Shown here: positions 8,466-16,985 of the stretch, piece after piece
How the letters are laid out: each line of letters begins with the position of its first letter
Position numbering within the stretch: position 1 is the stretch's first letter
Source: Thermodesulfobacteriota bacterium
GTDB taxonomy: Bacteria > Desulfobacterota > Desulfobulbia > Desulfobulbales > SURF-16
DNA: 18,320 nucleotides
Assembly (NCBI GenBank): GCA_039715015.1
Contig: JBDLIE010000053.1
Coordinates: 1 to 18,320 of the forward strand
Reading direction: 5' to 3'
The notes under the pieces: model-generated
Told to the model about the DNA's origin: nothing
The model's input: the letters and a program-made list of their open reading frames with translations, nothing else
The model's database searches: none
Made by a program: the position numbers and the translations under genes

Positions 8466-9426
8466 AGGTAAAATAGGCGTTGTCCTCCTCAATCTAGGCG
8501 GACCGGAACGTCTTGAAGATGTTGAGCCTTTCCTGTTTAACCTCTTTTCAGACCGGCAGATCATTCACCTGTCACCCTTTCCCTTCCTGCAGAAACCCAT
8601 TGCCCGATTTATTGCCAAACGCCGGGCGCCTAATTCATGCAAGGCCTATAAACAAATTGGCGGCGGTTCGCCACTGCGCAGGATTACCGCCCTGCAGGGG
8701 ACAATTTTAGAGAGTCTCCTTTCCCAGGTGGGCAGTTTTAAGGTTGATCTTGCCATGCGCTATTGGCACCCAGATGCCCGGCAGACCTTGGAAGAGCTTG
8801 GCAAACAGGGGATCACCCGTATTGTTGCCCTCACCCTCTATCCCCATTACTCGAAGGCCACCACTGGTTCGTCGGTGACTGACCTTGCCGAGGTGGCGGC
8901 GGAGCTCTCATATCCCTTTGAGATAGCTGCCGTTGAAGCCTGGCCTGAGCAACCTGACTATATTGCCGCCCTGGTGCGCAGTGTCCACCGGGAGTTCGGC
9001 CGTTGTTCCGGTACTCCGACCCTGATTTACTCGGCCCACAGCCTGCCAATGAAATTTATTGAAGAAGGCGATCCCTATCTTAACGATTTAACCAAGACCA
9101 TTATTGCTGTTGAAGAACAGACAGATATCCGTGGCAAACTCTGCTTTCAGAGCCGTTCCGGTCCGGTGAAATGGCTGTCGCCTTCAACACCGGAGACCTT
9201 AGTCGAGTTGTCTGAAAAAGGGGTCAAGGAGGTCGTGGTGATGCCCATCAGTTTTGTCTCCGATCACGTGGAAACCCTCTATGAGATAGATATCCAGTAC
9301 ACGGAGCTTGCCAAGGAGCTTGGTATTCGCCTGATACGGACCAAGGCGCTTAATGACGAGCCCCTGTTTATGAAAGGTCTTGCTAAGCTCGTTATTGAGG
9401 CTTGTCGAGGCAAGAGCTGGATCTAG
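8449..9426 (+). CDS. hemH: Ferrochelatase
   Basis: LLNLGGP, IGGGSPL, AMRYWHP, YPHYS..TTGSS, SAHSLP, GDPY, FQSR.GP..WL.P, SFVSDHVETLYEID. Confidence 0.96.
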   Translation: MQKSDEGKIGVVLLNLGGPERLEDVEPFLFNLFSDRQIIHLSPFPFLQKPIARFIAKRRAPNSCKAYKQIGGGSPLRRITALQGTILESLLSQVGSFKVDLAMRYWHPDARQTLEELGKQGITRIVALTLYPHYSKATTGSSVTDLAEVAAELSYPFEIAAVEAWPEQPDYIAALVRSVHREFGRCSGTPTLIYSAHSLPMKFIEEGDPYLNDLTKTIIAVEEQTDIRGKLCFQSRSGPVKWLSPSTPETLVELSEKGVKEVVVMPISFVSDHVETLYEIDIQYTELAKELGIRLIRTKALNDEPLFMKGLAKLVIEACRGKSWI

Positions 9427-9464
9427 CAGGTTCTGGGAAATGTACTCGGATACGGTGAAATAAT

Positions 9465-9770
9465 ATGGCTGCCCAGCAAAGAATGAAGGGGATTGTAACC
9501 ACCCTGCTTTTATGCGTCTCTATCATCTTCATGGCTGATTCACAGGCCATGGCCGGCCAGAAATGTGGAGAGCTTCTCAGCAAGAGGTGCCAGGCTTGCC
9601 ACTCCCTCAGTAAAACCTGCGCTGAACTGGGCCGTGATAAATGGCAATGGCAGCGCACCATTGCGGCCATGGCTAACTATGCTCCCTCCATCACCGCTAA
9701 AGAGCAGAAGACCTTGGTTGAATGCCTTGTCAAACCCCAAAAAGAGGTTGCGGAAATCTGTCGTCCATAA
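9465..9770 (+). CDS. Small exported monoheme c-type cytochrome
   Basis: Signal peptide-like N-terminus ending SQAMA; one CQACH motif; W..W.RTIAAM candidate Met axial ligand; four additional Cys in the mature part. Start may be the second Met (MKGIV, 9483). Confidence 0.78.
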   Translation: MAAQQRMKGIVTTLLLCVSIIFMADSQAMAGQKCGELLSKRCQACHSLSKTCAELGRDKWQWQRTIAAMANYAPSITAKEQKTLVECLVKPQKEVAEICRP

Positions 9771-9788
9771 CTTTTTTTGACTTCTCAA

Positions 9789-10898
9789 TCACACCGGCGC
9801 CTGATATCGGCGCATTCTGACACTCATTAAAATGCCAATGCCCGCCATGGTGGTGATCAACGAAGAACCACCATAGCTAAAGAGCGGCAGGGGCATTCCC
9901 ACCACGGGCAAGAGCCCCATCACCATGGCCAGATTGATAAAGGCCTGCCAGAAGATCAGCGATACGACACCCAGGCACAGCAGGGTGCCGAATTTGTCCC
10001 GGGAAGAAACAGCGATGTTGAGTCCCCAGAATATCAGAGAAAAATAGACCGCAAAGAAGAACATCGACCCAAAGAAACCCCATTCTTCGGCCCAGACGGA
10101 AAAGGCGAAGTCTGTATGGCGCTCGGGCAGAAAGTCTAAATGGCCCTGCGTTCCCTTCAGGTAGCCCTTGCCGAATTTGAGACCGCTTCCCACAGCAATT
10201 TTGGACTGGGTGATGTGGTAGCCGGTGTTAAGGCTGTCGGCGCCGGGGTTGAGGAATGTTTCAATGCGCTGACGCTGATAGGGCTTGAGAAAATATTGCC
10301 AGCCGACACCAGCGAACACCACTGCGCTGCCGATCAGGGTGCCCAAGGTGGACCATCGTAATTTTACAAAGAGGGTCATGGAGATGAAGATAAAGGCAAG
10401 CATGAGTCCAGTACCCAAATCAGGCTGCATAACAATGAGAATGAAGGGCAGGGCAGCCAGCATGATGGGGACAAAAAGCTCCTTAAGGGTAAAGCCCTTA
10501 CCTGTATCCTTACGGAAATAATAACTGGCCAGGGTGACAACCAGCATGAGTTTGGCCGGTTCCGAGGGTTGTAGTCTGAAAAAACCGAGATCAATCCAGC
10601 GGCGCGTTCCAGCAAGGTCTTTGCCAAAGACAAGGGAGAAAAGCAGCAGAAAAATAATTGTCACGTACAGGGTATAGTTGACTTCAACGAGTACCCGATA
10701 GTCGAAACTGATGATAAGGAAGATAAGGGCAAAACCCATGAGAAAAAAGTAAAGCTGTTTGATATAGACCGGAGTACCGCGGAAACTGTCAGGGGTGGCA
10801 CTATAGAGATTGGCAAGGCACATGGCGCCAATGAGCGCCACGAGGCCGAGAAGGATCCAGTCAAAATTTTGTACGAGTCTACGGTCGAAACGAAGCAT
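9789..10898 (-). CDS. rodA: Rod shape-determining SEDS glycosyltransferase RodA
   Basis: RWIDLGFFRLQPSEPAK, QPDLGT, LKPYQRQRI, FLPERHTDFAF, PVVGMPLPLFSYGGSS; directly downstream of mrdA. Confidence 0.96.
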   Translation of the reverse strand: MLRFDRRLVQNFDWILLGLVALIGAMCLANLYSATPDSFRGTPVYIKQLYFFLMGFALIFLIISFDYRVLVEVNYTLYVTIIFLLLFSLVFGKDLAGTRRWIDLGFFRLQPSEPAKLMLVVTLASYYFRKDTGKGFTLKELFVPIMLAALPFILIVMQPDLGTGLMLAFIFISMTLFVKLRWSTLGTLIGSAVVFAGVGWQYFLKPYQRQRIETFLNPGADSLNTGYHITQSKIAVGSGLKFGKGYLKGTQGHLDFLPERHTDFAFSVWAEEWGFFGSMFFFAVYFSLIFWGLNIAVSSRDKFGTLLCLGVVSLIFWQAFINLAMVMGLLPVVGMPLPLFSYGGSSLITTMAGIGILMSVRMRRYQAPV

Positions 10899-10920
10899 TG
10901 TGGGTAAGAAGTTGTGAATT

Positions 10921-10975
10921 CAGAAGTCAGAAATAAGGAGTGGTGTATTATTTATATTCTTATTTCTGAATTCTG
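10921..10975. repeat. Heptamer-repeat (TCAGAAN/TTCTGAA) hairpin overlapping the mrdA stop
   Basis: CAGAAGTCAGAAATAAG (10921-10937) pairs with CTTATTTCTGAATTCTG (10959-10975), one mismatch; further degenerate units at 10976-10989. Confidence 0.65.
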
Positions 10976-12825
10976 GCTCCTGAATTCTGGTTTTTAAAAT
11001 ATTCTTCAAGTATGGTCTTAGCTATGGGGGCGGCGGCAGAGCCGCCGTGACCACCATGTTCTGTGAGGACCGTAACAGCTATTTCCGGGTTTTCAGCGGG
11101 GGCATAGCAGGTAAACCAGGCATGATCCCGGTATTTATAAGGGATATCTTCCTCGTCAACCTCACTGAACCTTTCCAGGCGCACCACCTGCGCCGTACCG
11201 GTTTTCCCCGCCACAGTGATTTTGTCCATCTGGGCCTTTGTTGCTGTGCCATGCTTGTTGTTTACCGCCGCCACCAGCCCTTTATGGACGAGTTTCATTT
11301 CTTCTTGGCCGGCAAAGGCCTGGCCGGTTACCTGGGGAGGAAACTCCTCTATGGTGGCGCCATCCTGATCTTTTACGGCAAGAACAAGCTGAGGTTTGTA
11401 GAGAATGCCGCCATTGGCTACGGCTGCGGTCATCCGGCAAATTTGCAGAGGAGTGGCCAGATTGAAGCCCTGGCCAATGGAGACAGATACAGTTTCACCC
11501 TGCTGCCAGTGCTCCTTCTTTTTTTTCATTTTCCAGTCCTTGGTGGGGACCAGGCCCATTTTTTCATTCTCAAGGACAAGGCCGGTCTTTTCCCCTAAGC
11601 CGAGGCTCTTTGCGTAGATAGCTAATTTGTCGACCCCGATCTCCTGGCCAATATGATAGAAGTAAACGTCACAGGATTCAGCCAAGGCTCTTTTGAGGTT
11701 GACCTCGCGGCCATGACCCCATTTTTTCCAGCAGCCGTATGTATGGCCGTGGAGGGTGAAGGAACCAAAACAGGGGTAACTCGTCTCCGGGGTGATGACC
11801 CCCTCCATCAGTCCGGCCAGGGCCGTAATTATTTTATAGGTGGAGCCTGGCGGATATTGGCCTTGGATGGTTTTATTAAGCAAAGGGTTGAGAGGGTTCT
11901 TTACCATTTTATCCCATGATTTTTGGGATATGCCGCCGATAAATTCTTCCAGTTCAAGGGCTGGGGAGCTGGACAGAGTGAGAAGGCGGCCAGTCTTGAC
12001 ATCCATGGCAATAATAGCACCTGCTTTGCCGGCCATTTCTTTCTCGGCAACCTGTTGAAGGTCAAGGTCAATGGTGAGTTGTAGATCATTGCCCGGCAAT
12101 GGCTCCATCAGTTTTAGCTGCTGCTGTTCAAGGCCATGGACATCAACTTCAAAAAAACGCTTTCCTTTTTCCCCTCGTAACTGCTTTTCAAAGATCTTCT
12201 CCAGGCCCATCTTGCCGATGAGGTCGCCACCTGTATAGAGAGCGCTGCTCTTTTTCTCAAGCTCCCTCTTGCTGATTTCACCCAGGTAGCCAATGAGGTG
12301 GGAGGAAAGGTTGCCGTAGTTGTACCTGCGCGATGGTACGGCATCGATCCGGATGCCGGGGAGTTCAAGGCGGTGGTTCTCGACAAAGGCCACGGTCTCC
12401 CAGTCCACATCTTCTTTAAGACGGATGGGGACAAAATTAGGGTGGCTACCCTCTTCGCGAATGCGTCCGAGAAGATCGGAGATGTCTTCCTTAAGGATCC
12501 TGGCCATTTTTTTTAAGACCAGATCAGGGTCTTCGGCATCGTCCCGGGTCCAGAGGATGTTGAACAGGGGACGATTGCTGATGATGATTCTGTTGTAACG
12601 GTCGAGGATATTGCCGCGCGGCGCTGCTATCTGAAGTTGGCGTACGCGGTTATGGTGGGCCAGGTTTGTATATTTTTCTCCTTGATGGACCTGGAGATAC
12701 CAGAGACGTACCACCAGAATGGCGATGAAGGTGACCATAATGATGATGGTAAACTCCACCCTTTTTTTGAGGATGAGGAGTTCCTCCTCGTCAAGGGTAT
12801 GTATCTGGTCAAGTATACGGCGCAT
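10960..12825 (-). CDS. mrdA: Penicillin-binding protein 2 (class B transpeptidase)
   Basis: N-terminal TM helix, APRGNILDR, YPPGSTYK (SxxK), ESCDVYFY (SxD), AGKTGTAQ, DHAWF. Confidence 0.97.
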   Translation of the reverse strand: MRRILDQIHTLDEEELLILKKRVEFTIIIMVTFIAILVVRLWYLQVHQGEKYTNLAHHNRVRQLQIAAPRGNILDRYNRIIISNRPLFNILWTRDDAEDPDLVLKKMARILKEDISDLLGRIREEGSHPNFVPIRLKEDVDWETVAFVENHRLELPGIRIDAVPSRRYNYGNLSSHLIGYLGEISKRELEKKSSALYTGGDLIGKMGLEKIFEKQLRGEKGKRFFEVDVHGLEQQQLKLMEPLPGNDLQLTIDLDLQQVAEKEMAGKAGAIIAMDVKTGRLLTLSSSPALELEEFIGGISQKSWDKMVKNPLNPLLNKTIQGQYPPGSTYKIITALAGLMEGVITPETSYPCFGSFTLHGHTYGCWKKWGHGREVNLKRALAESCDVYFYHIGQEIGVDKLAIYAKSLGLGEKTGLVLENEKMGLVPTKDWKMKKKKEHWQQGETVSVSIGQGFNLATPLQICRMTAAVANGGILYKPQLVLAVKDQDGATIEEFPPQVTGQAFAGQEEMKLVHKGLVAAVNNKHGTATKAQMDKITVAGKTGTAQVVRLERFSEVDEEDIPYKYRDHAWFTCYAPAENPEIAVTVLTEHGGHGGSAAAPIAKTILEEYFKNQNSGARIQK

Positions 12826-12834
12826 GGCTACTGG

Positions 12835-13377
12835 CTAAAAGTTGTCGCGGAACCTGTTTTTGTTCCGTGGTTTGATAAGAACTTGTAATGCTTTCTTGGG
12901 CGAGAGTCGGCTCATTGTGAAGTCATAAAGGCTAAACAACGGCATGGTGACCAAGGCCAGGAGCATCATCCTGACAATGATATCTTTCCAATTCCAGAGT
13001 GAGGCCACTTCAGGGGAGAGAAAGGAGGTGATCATGTGGGTAAGGCTGAGTACGAAGAAATAGCTGGTGAGCACCAGGGGGATCTGGTGTGGTGGTTCAT
13101 TGAGAACAAGAGGCTTTGACAGCAGTTTCACCATAAAATGAAGGGCCATATAAACCACAGGATGAAGCCCGGAGTAGATGCCGGAAAAAATATCGGTGAG
13201 CATGCCGCAATAGATGACAAGCAACGCTCCCCGGTAAGGGTCAAAGCGAACCGTAACAAAAACCACCAGAACAAAAAAGGGGTCGAGCTTGGCAAACCAA
13301 CCCGGCAGGACAGGGAGTAAGGAGGTCTGCAGGATAAGAAGCAGGGTGCCGAGGATGATGAACGGTGCGCAGGGCAT
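12835..13377 (-). CDS. mreD: Rod shape-determining protein MreD
   Basis: 180-aa hydrophobic protein with GMLTDIFSG, located between mreC and mrdA. Confidence 0.85.
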   Translation of the reverse strand: MPCAPFIILGTLLLILQTSLLPVLPGWFAKLDPFFVLVVFVTVRFDPYRGALLVIYCGMLTDIFSGIYSGLHPVVYMALHFMVKLLSKPLVLNEPPHQIPLVLTSYFFVLSLTHMITSFLSPEVASLWNWKDIIVRMMLLALVTMPLFSLYDFTMSRLSPKKALQVLIKPRNKNRFRDNF

Positions 13378-13379
13378 GA

Positions 13380-14216
13380 TCAGTCCGTCAGTGAATCTTG
13401 TTGAAGGATAACGACCAGATACTCAAGCTGGCTAAAGTTCACAGACGGGGTCACGGTGATATCTTGAAACATGCCCCGTTTAGTTTTGGTTACGGAGGAA
13501 ACTTTGCCCACAGGGATGCCTTTAGGGAAGGAGCCGCCTAACCCGGAGGTAACAATGAGATCCCCTTTTTCTACATCGGAATTTTTAAGGATATAGCGCA
13601 TCTTGTAGGATTGGCTGCCCTCACCCTTTACAATACCCTGGACCCTGTTTTTCTGAACCAAGGCGTTAACGGCGGAGTTGGGGTCGTGGGCCAGGAGAAC
13701 TTTGGATGTTGAGCGCGAGGTTTCCAGGATCTGACCAACAACCCCTTCCACGGTGACAATGGGCATTCCTTTTTCTATGCCGTCACGCGTGCCCCGGTCA
13801 ATGGTGAGGGTGCGAAACCAGAGGGAGGGATCGCGGCCAATAATCTGGGCGGTGAGGGTGGGGGGCTTGAGGCTTTCTTTGACCTTAAGAAGTTTGCGCA
13901 GGCGCATGTTCTCGGCCATGGCCTCGCGGTATTCTTGGTTTGTATCAAGGGCCCTGTTCAGCTCCTCTCTCAGTACTGTGTTTTCACGGCGGACATGGAC
14001 CAGGGCAATATAGCTGTTCCAGACATTAGTGATGCCACCAAGGATACGGGTAACCACGTATTGGCCTTTACCCACCACGTCCATGCCGAATTTTTGCGGC
14101 ACATTGAAGTGGCTGCGGCCCACGGTGGTGACAACAATCATCAGAAGCGCCGTAATAACAAGACCATATAGTAAATAGGTCGTGAGGCTGCTAGGTCTGG
14201 TCCGTCGTTTTCTCAT
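13380..14216 (-). CDS. mreC: Rod shape-determining protein MreC
   Basis: TM anchor, coiled coil (ENMRLRKLL), IDRGTRDGI, GVVGQI, GDLIVTSGLGGSFPKGIPVG. Confidence 0.96.
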   Translation of the reverse strand: MRKRRTRPSSLTTYLLYGLVITALLMIVVTTVGRSHFNVPQKFGMDVVGKGQYVVTRILGGITNVWNSYIALVHVRRENTVLREELNRALDTNQEYREAMAENMRLRKLLKVKESLKPPTLTAQIIGRDPSLWFRTLTIDRGTRDGIEKGMPIVTVEGVVGQILETSRSTSKVLLAHDPNSAVNALVQKNRVQGIVKGEGSQSYKMRYILKNSDVEKGDLIVTSGLGGSFPKGIPVGKVSSVTKTKRGMFQDITVTPSVNFSQLEYLVVILQQDSLTD

Positions 14217-14257
14217 GAAATGACTGGTTTAATATGGACTTAATAAGGCTGTTCCGT

Positions 14258-14312
14258 AAAAAAAAGAAAGGATGAAGGATGAAGTTTACAGATGGTTCAT
14301 CCTTCACCCCTT
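14258..14312 (-). terminator. Intrinsic terminator-like hairpin between mreB and mreC
   Basis: Minus strand AAGGGGTGAAGGATGAA-(12-nt loop)-TTCATCCTTCATCCTTT followed by C and T8; 17-bp stem with two G-U pairs on the - strand. Confidence 0.7.
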
Positions 14313-14357
14313 GTCAGTAGCCGTTATTGATGAGGTGTGCTCTTGAAATGTTGCGGC

Positions 14358-15407
<1,050 letters not shown>

Positions 15408-15490
15408 TTAACCTGTTGAGGAGATGCTGTATGCGTTATGGGATTTAACTGCCTCATCTCCCGCCGCAATGCAAACGGGAAATGATTGAA

Positions 15491-15537
15491 ATTATAACCT
15501 GTTTTACTTGTAAAAGAGTTCCCGACCAGGTCGGGAA
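15491..15537 (-). promoter_or_regulatory. Putative mreB operon promoter (-10 TATAAT) with upstream palindromes
   Basis: Minus-strand TATAAT at 15491-15496 with a poor -35; TTTTAC-TT-GTAAAA at 15502-15515; perfect TTCCCGACC-A-GGTCGGGAA at 15519-15537. Confidence 0.5.
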
Positions 15538-15786
15538 AGTTGAAAATAACCGTAATAATAACATGTTAAAAACAGAAGTCTAACGATTATTGAATACCCC
15601 TTGCTAAAAGTTAATGCCGTTAGCCTGAAAAACCGCAAAAAATAGATGAAACCTCACTGTTAAGCGCCTGAATTGTGGGCAGTCTTCCCTGGGGGACCCA
15701 GTGCTTGAAAATTGTTTAACTATCCTAAAAAACAAGAAAAAAACTACAACAAAAATGGAGTCATTGGCCATTCCTCTGTCTAAAGG

Positions 15787-15820
15787 TTGACAGGTTATCA
15801 GCAAAAGTATTTGATAACTT
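15787..15820 (+). promoter_or_regulatory. Putative promoter/operator of the cydA-like operon
   Basis: Consensus -35 TTGACA (15787-15792) immediately followed by the inverted repeat GTTATCA-N11-TGATAAC (15794-15818); -10 weak; A-tracts upstream (15727-15755). Confidence 0.45.
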
Positions 15821-15917
15821 CAGGATCTCTCCATTGAAAGAAGAGGATGTCTCGCCAGAAACGATCTGGTCGGCCTTGTGGCCGGCTCTCAAGAGTTAAA
15901 GAACGTCAGGAGGAAAG

Positions 15918-16985
15918 ATGGATTTTCAAACGCTCATTCCAAGCCCGGATGTTTTGCAGGTGCATTGGCCTTGGTTCCAAGGCCTGCTTAACGTCACCTT
16001 TGTCCTGCATCTTATTTTAATGAACCTCACCCTGGGCGGGGTTTTGATCTGTTTTGTCCATCAATTAGGGGGCGCCACTTCGGAGCTTGATAGATTTGTG
16101 GTTGGCAAGCTCCCTTTTGGTATCGCTTTTACGGTGAATTTCGGCGTTGCACCCTTCCTCTTTTTGCAGGTTATTTACGGCCATTTTATCTATACCAGCT
16201 CCGTACTCATGGCCTGGGTATGGTTGAGTGTCATAGCACTGCTGCTGATTGGCTATTATGGCGTCTATATTTACGGTGCCAAATGGGAGAGGCTGGGAAC
16301 AGCCCGGGGCTATGTCAGCGGGGTGGTGGCATGCTGTTTTCTGCTTATAGCCTTTATCTTTGAAAACAACATGACTTTGATGATGGAGCCGGCAAGATGG
16401 CAAGGCTATTTTGACAATCCAGGGGGGCTGCTCTTGAATCTTCAAGAACCGAGCCTCCTCCCTCGCTATCTTCATTTCATTCTCTCTTCAACAGCAGTTG
16501 CCGGCCTGGGGCTGGCACTTTATGGCGATTGGCGGCTGCGCCGCGGCCACGAAGATGACCTGGGAATGCGGAAGCTGGGGCTCCGCTGGTTTACTGGCTC
16601 CACTCTTGCCCAGATCGGGGTAGGGCTCTGGTTCTTTAAGGCCCTTCCTCCCCATGTTCGCAGTTTCAGCGGTTCCGTGCCAGCATGGCTTTTTATGCTG
16701 TTTTTGAGTCTTAGTATCCTCGCCACTCTTTTGTCCCTGGTTTTTGCCATGGGCCGGAAGGTGCGCGCCACTGCCCTCATGACCCTTGCCACCATCGTTT
16801 TCATGGTTGGCGTTCGGGAGATTGTCCGGGTGCAATACCTTGCCCCCTATTTCAGTCTCTCTGATTTACAGGTGGTGCCGCAATACTCCCCCATGCTCCT
16901 CTTTCTTCTCTTTTTTGCCGGAGGTATCGCACTTATCTGGTACATGGTCCGCCTTGTCATAACTGGTGTGGAGGTGAAGCCATGA
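15918..16985 (+). CDS. Cytochrome bd subunit I-like membrane protein (CydA'-type partner subunit)
   Basis: SD AGGAGG; about 9 TM segments; CydA-like motifs aligned by eye: FVLHLILMNLTLGG (H19 region), TVNFGVAP, NNMTLMMEP, PRYLHFILSS (H186 region), VREIVR; no long Q-loop. Confidence 0.7.
   Translation: MDFQTLIPSPDVLQVHWPWFQGLLNVTFVLHLILMNLTLGGVLICFVHQLGGATSELDRFVVGKLPFGIAFTVNFGVAPFLFLQVIYGHFIYTSSVLMAWVWLSVIALLLIGYYGVYIYGAKWERLGTARGYVSGVVACCFLLIAFIFENNMTLMMEPARWQGYFDNPGGLLLNLQEPSLLPRYLHFILSSTAVAGLGLALYGDWRLRRGHEDDLGMRKLGLRWFTGSTLAQIGVGLWFFKALPPHVRSFSGSVPAWLFMLFLSLSILATLLSLVFAMGRKVRATALMTLATIVFMVGVREIVRVQYLAPYFSLSDLQVVPQYSPMLLFLLFFAGGIALIWYMVRLVITGVEVKP

Noticed and set aside
11666..11683. SxD instead of SxN in PBP2 motif 2 (SCDVYF)
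   Set aside because: SxD is normal for MrdA/PBP2 proteins, not a sign of inactivation.
15604..15804. 66-aa minus-strand ORF in the divergent spacer
   Set aside because: Phe-rich product of A-tracts in promoter DNA; no SD or homology cues.
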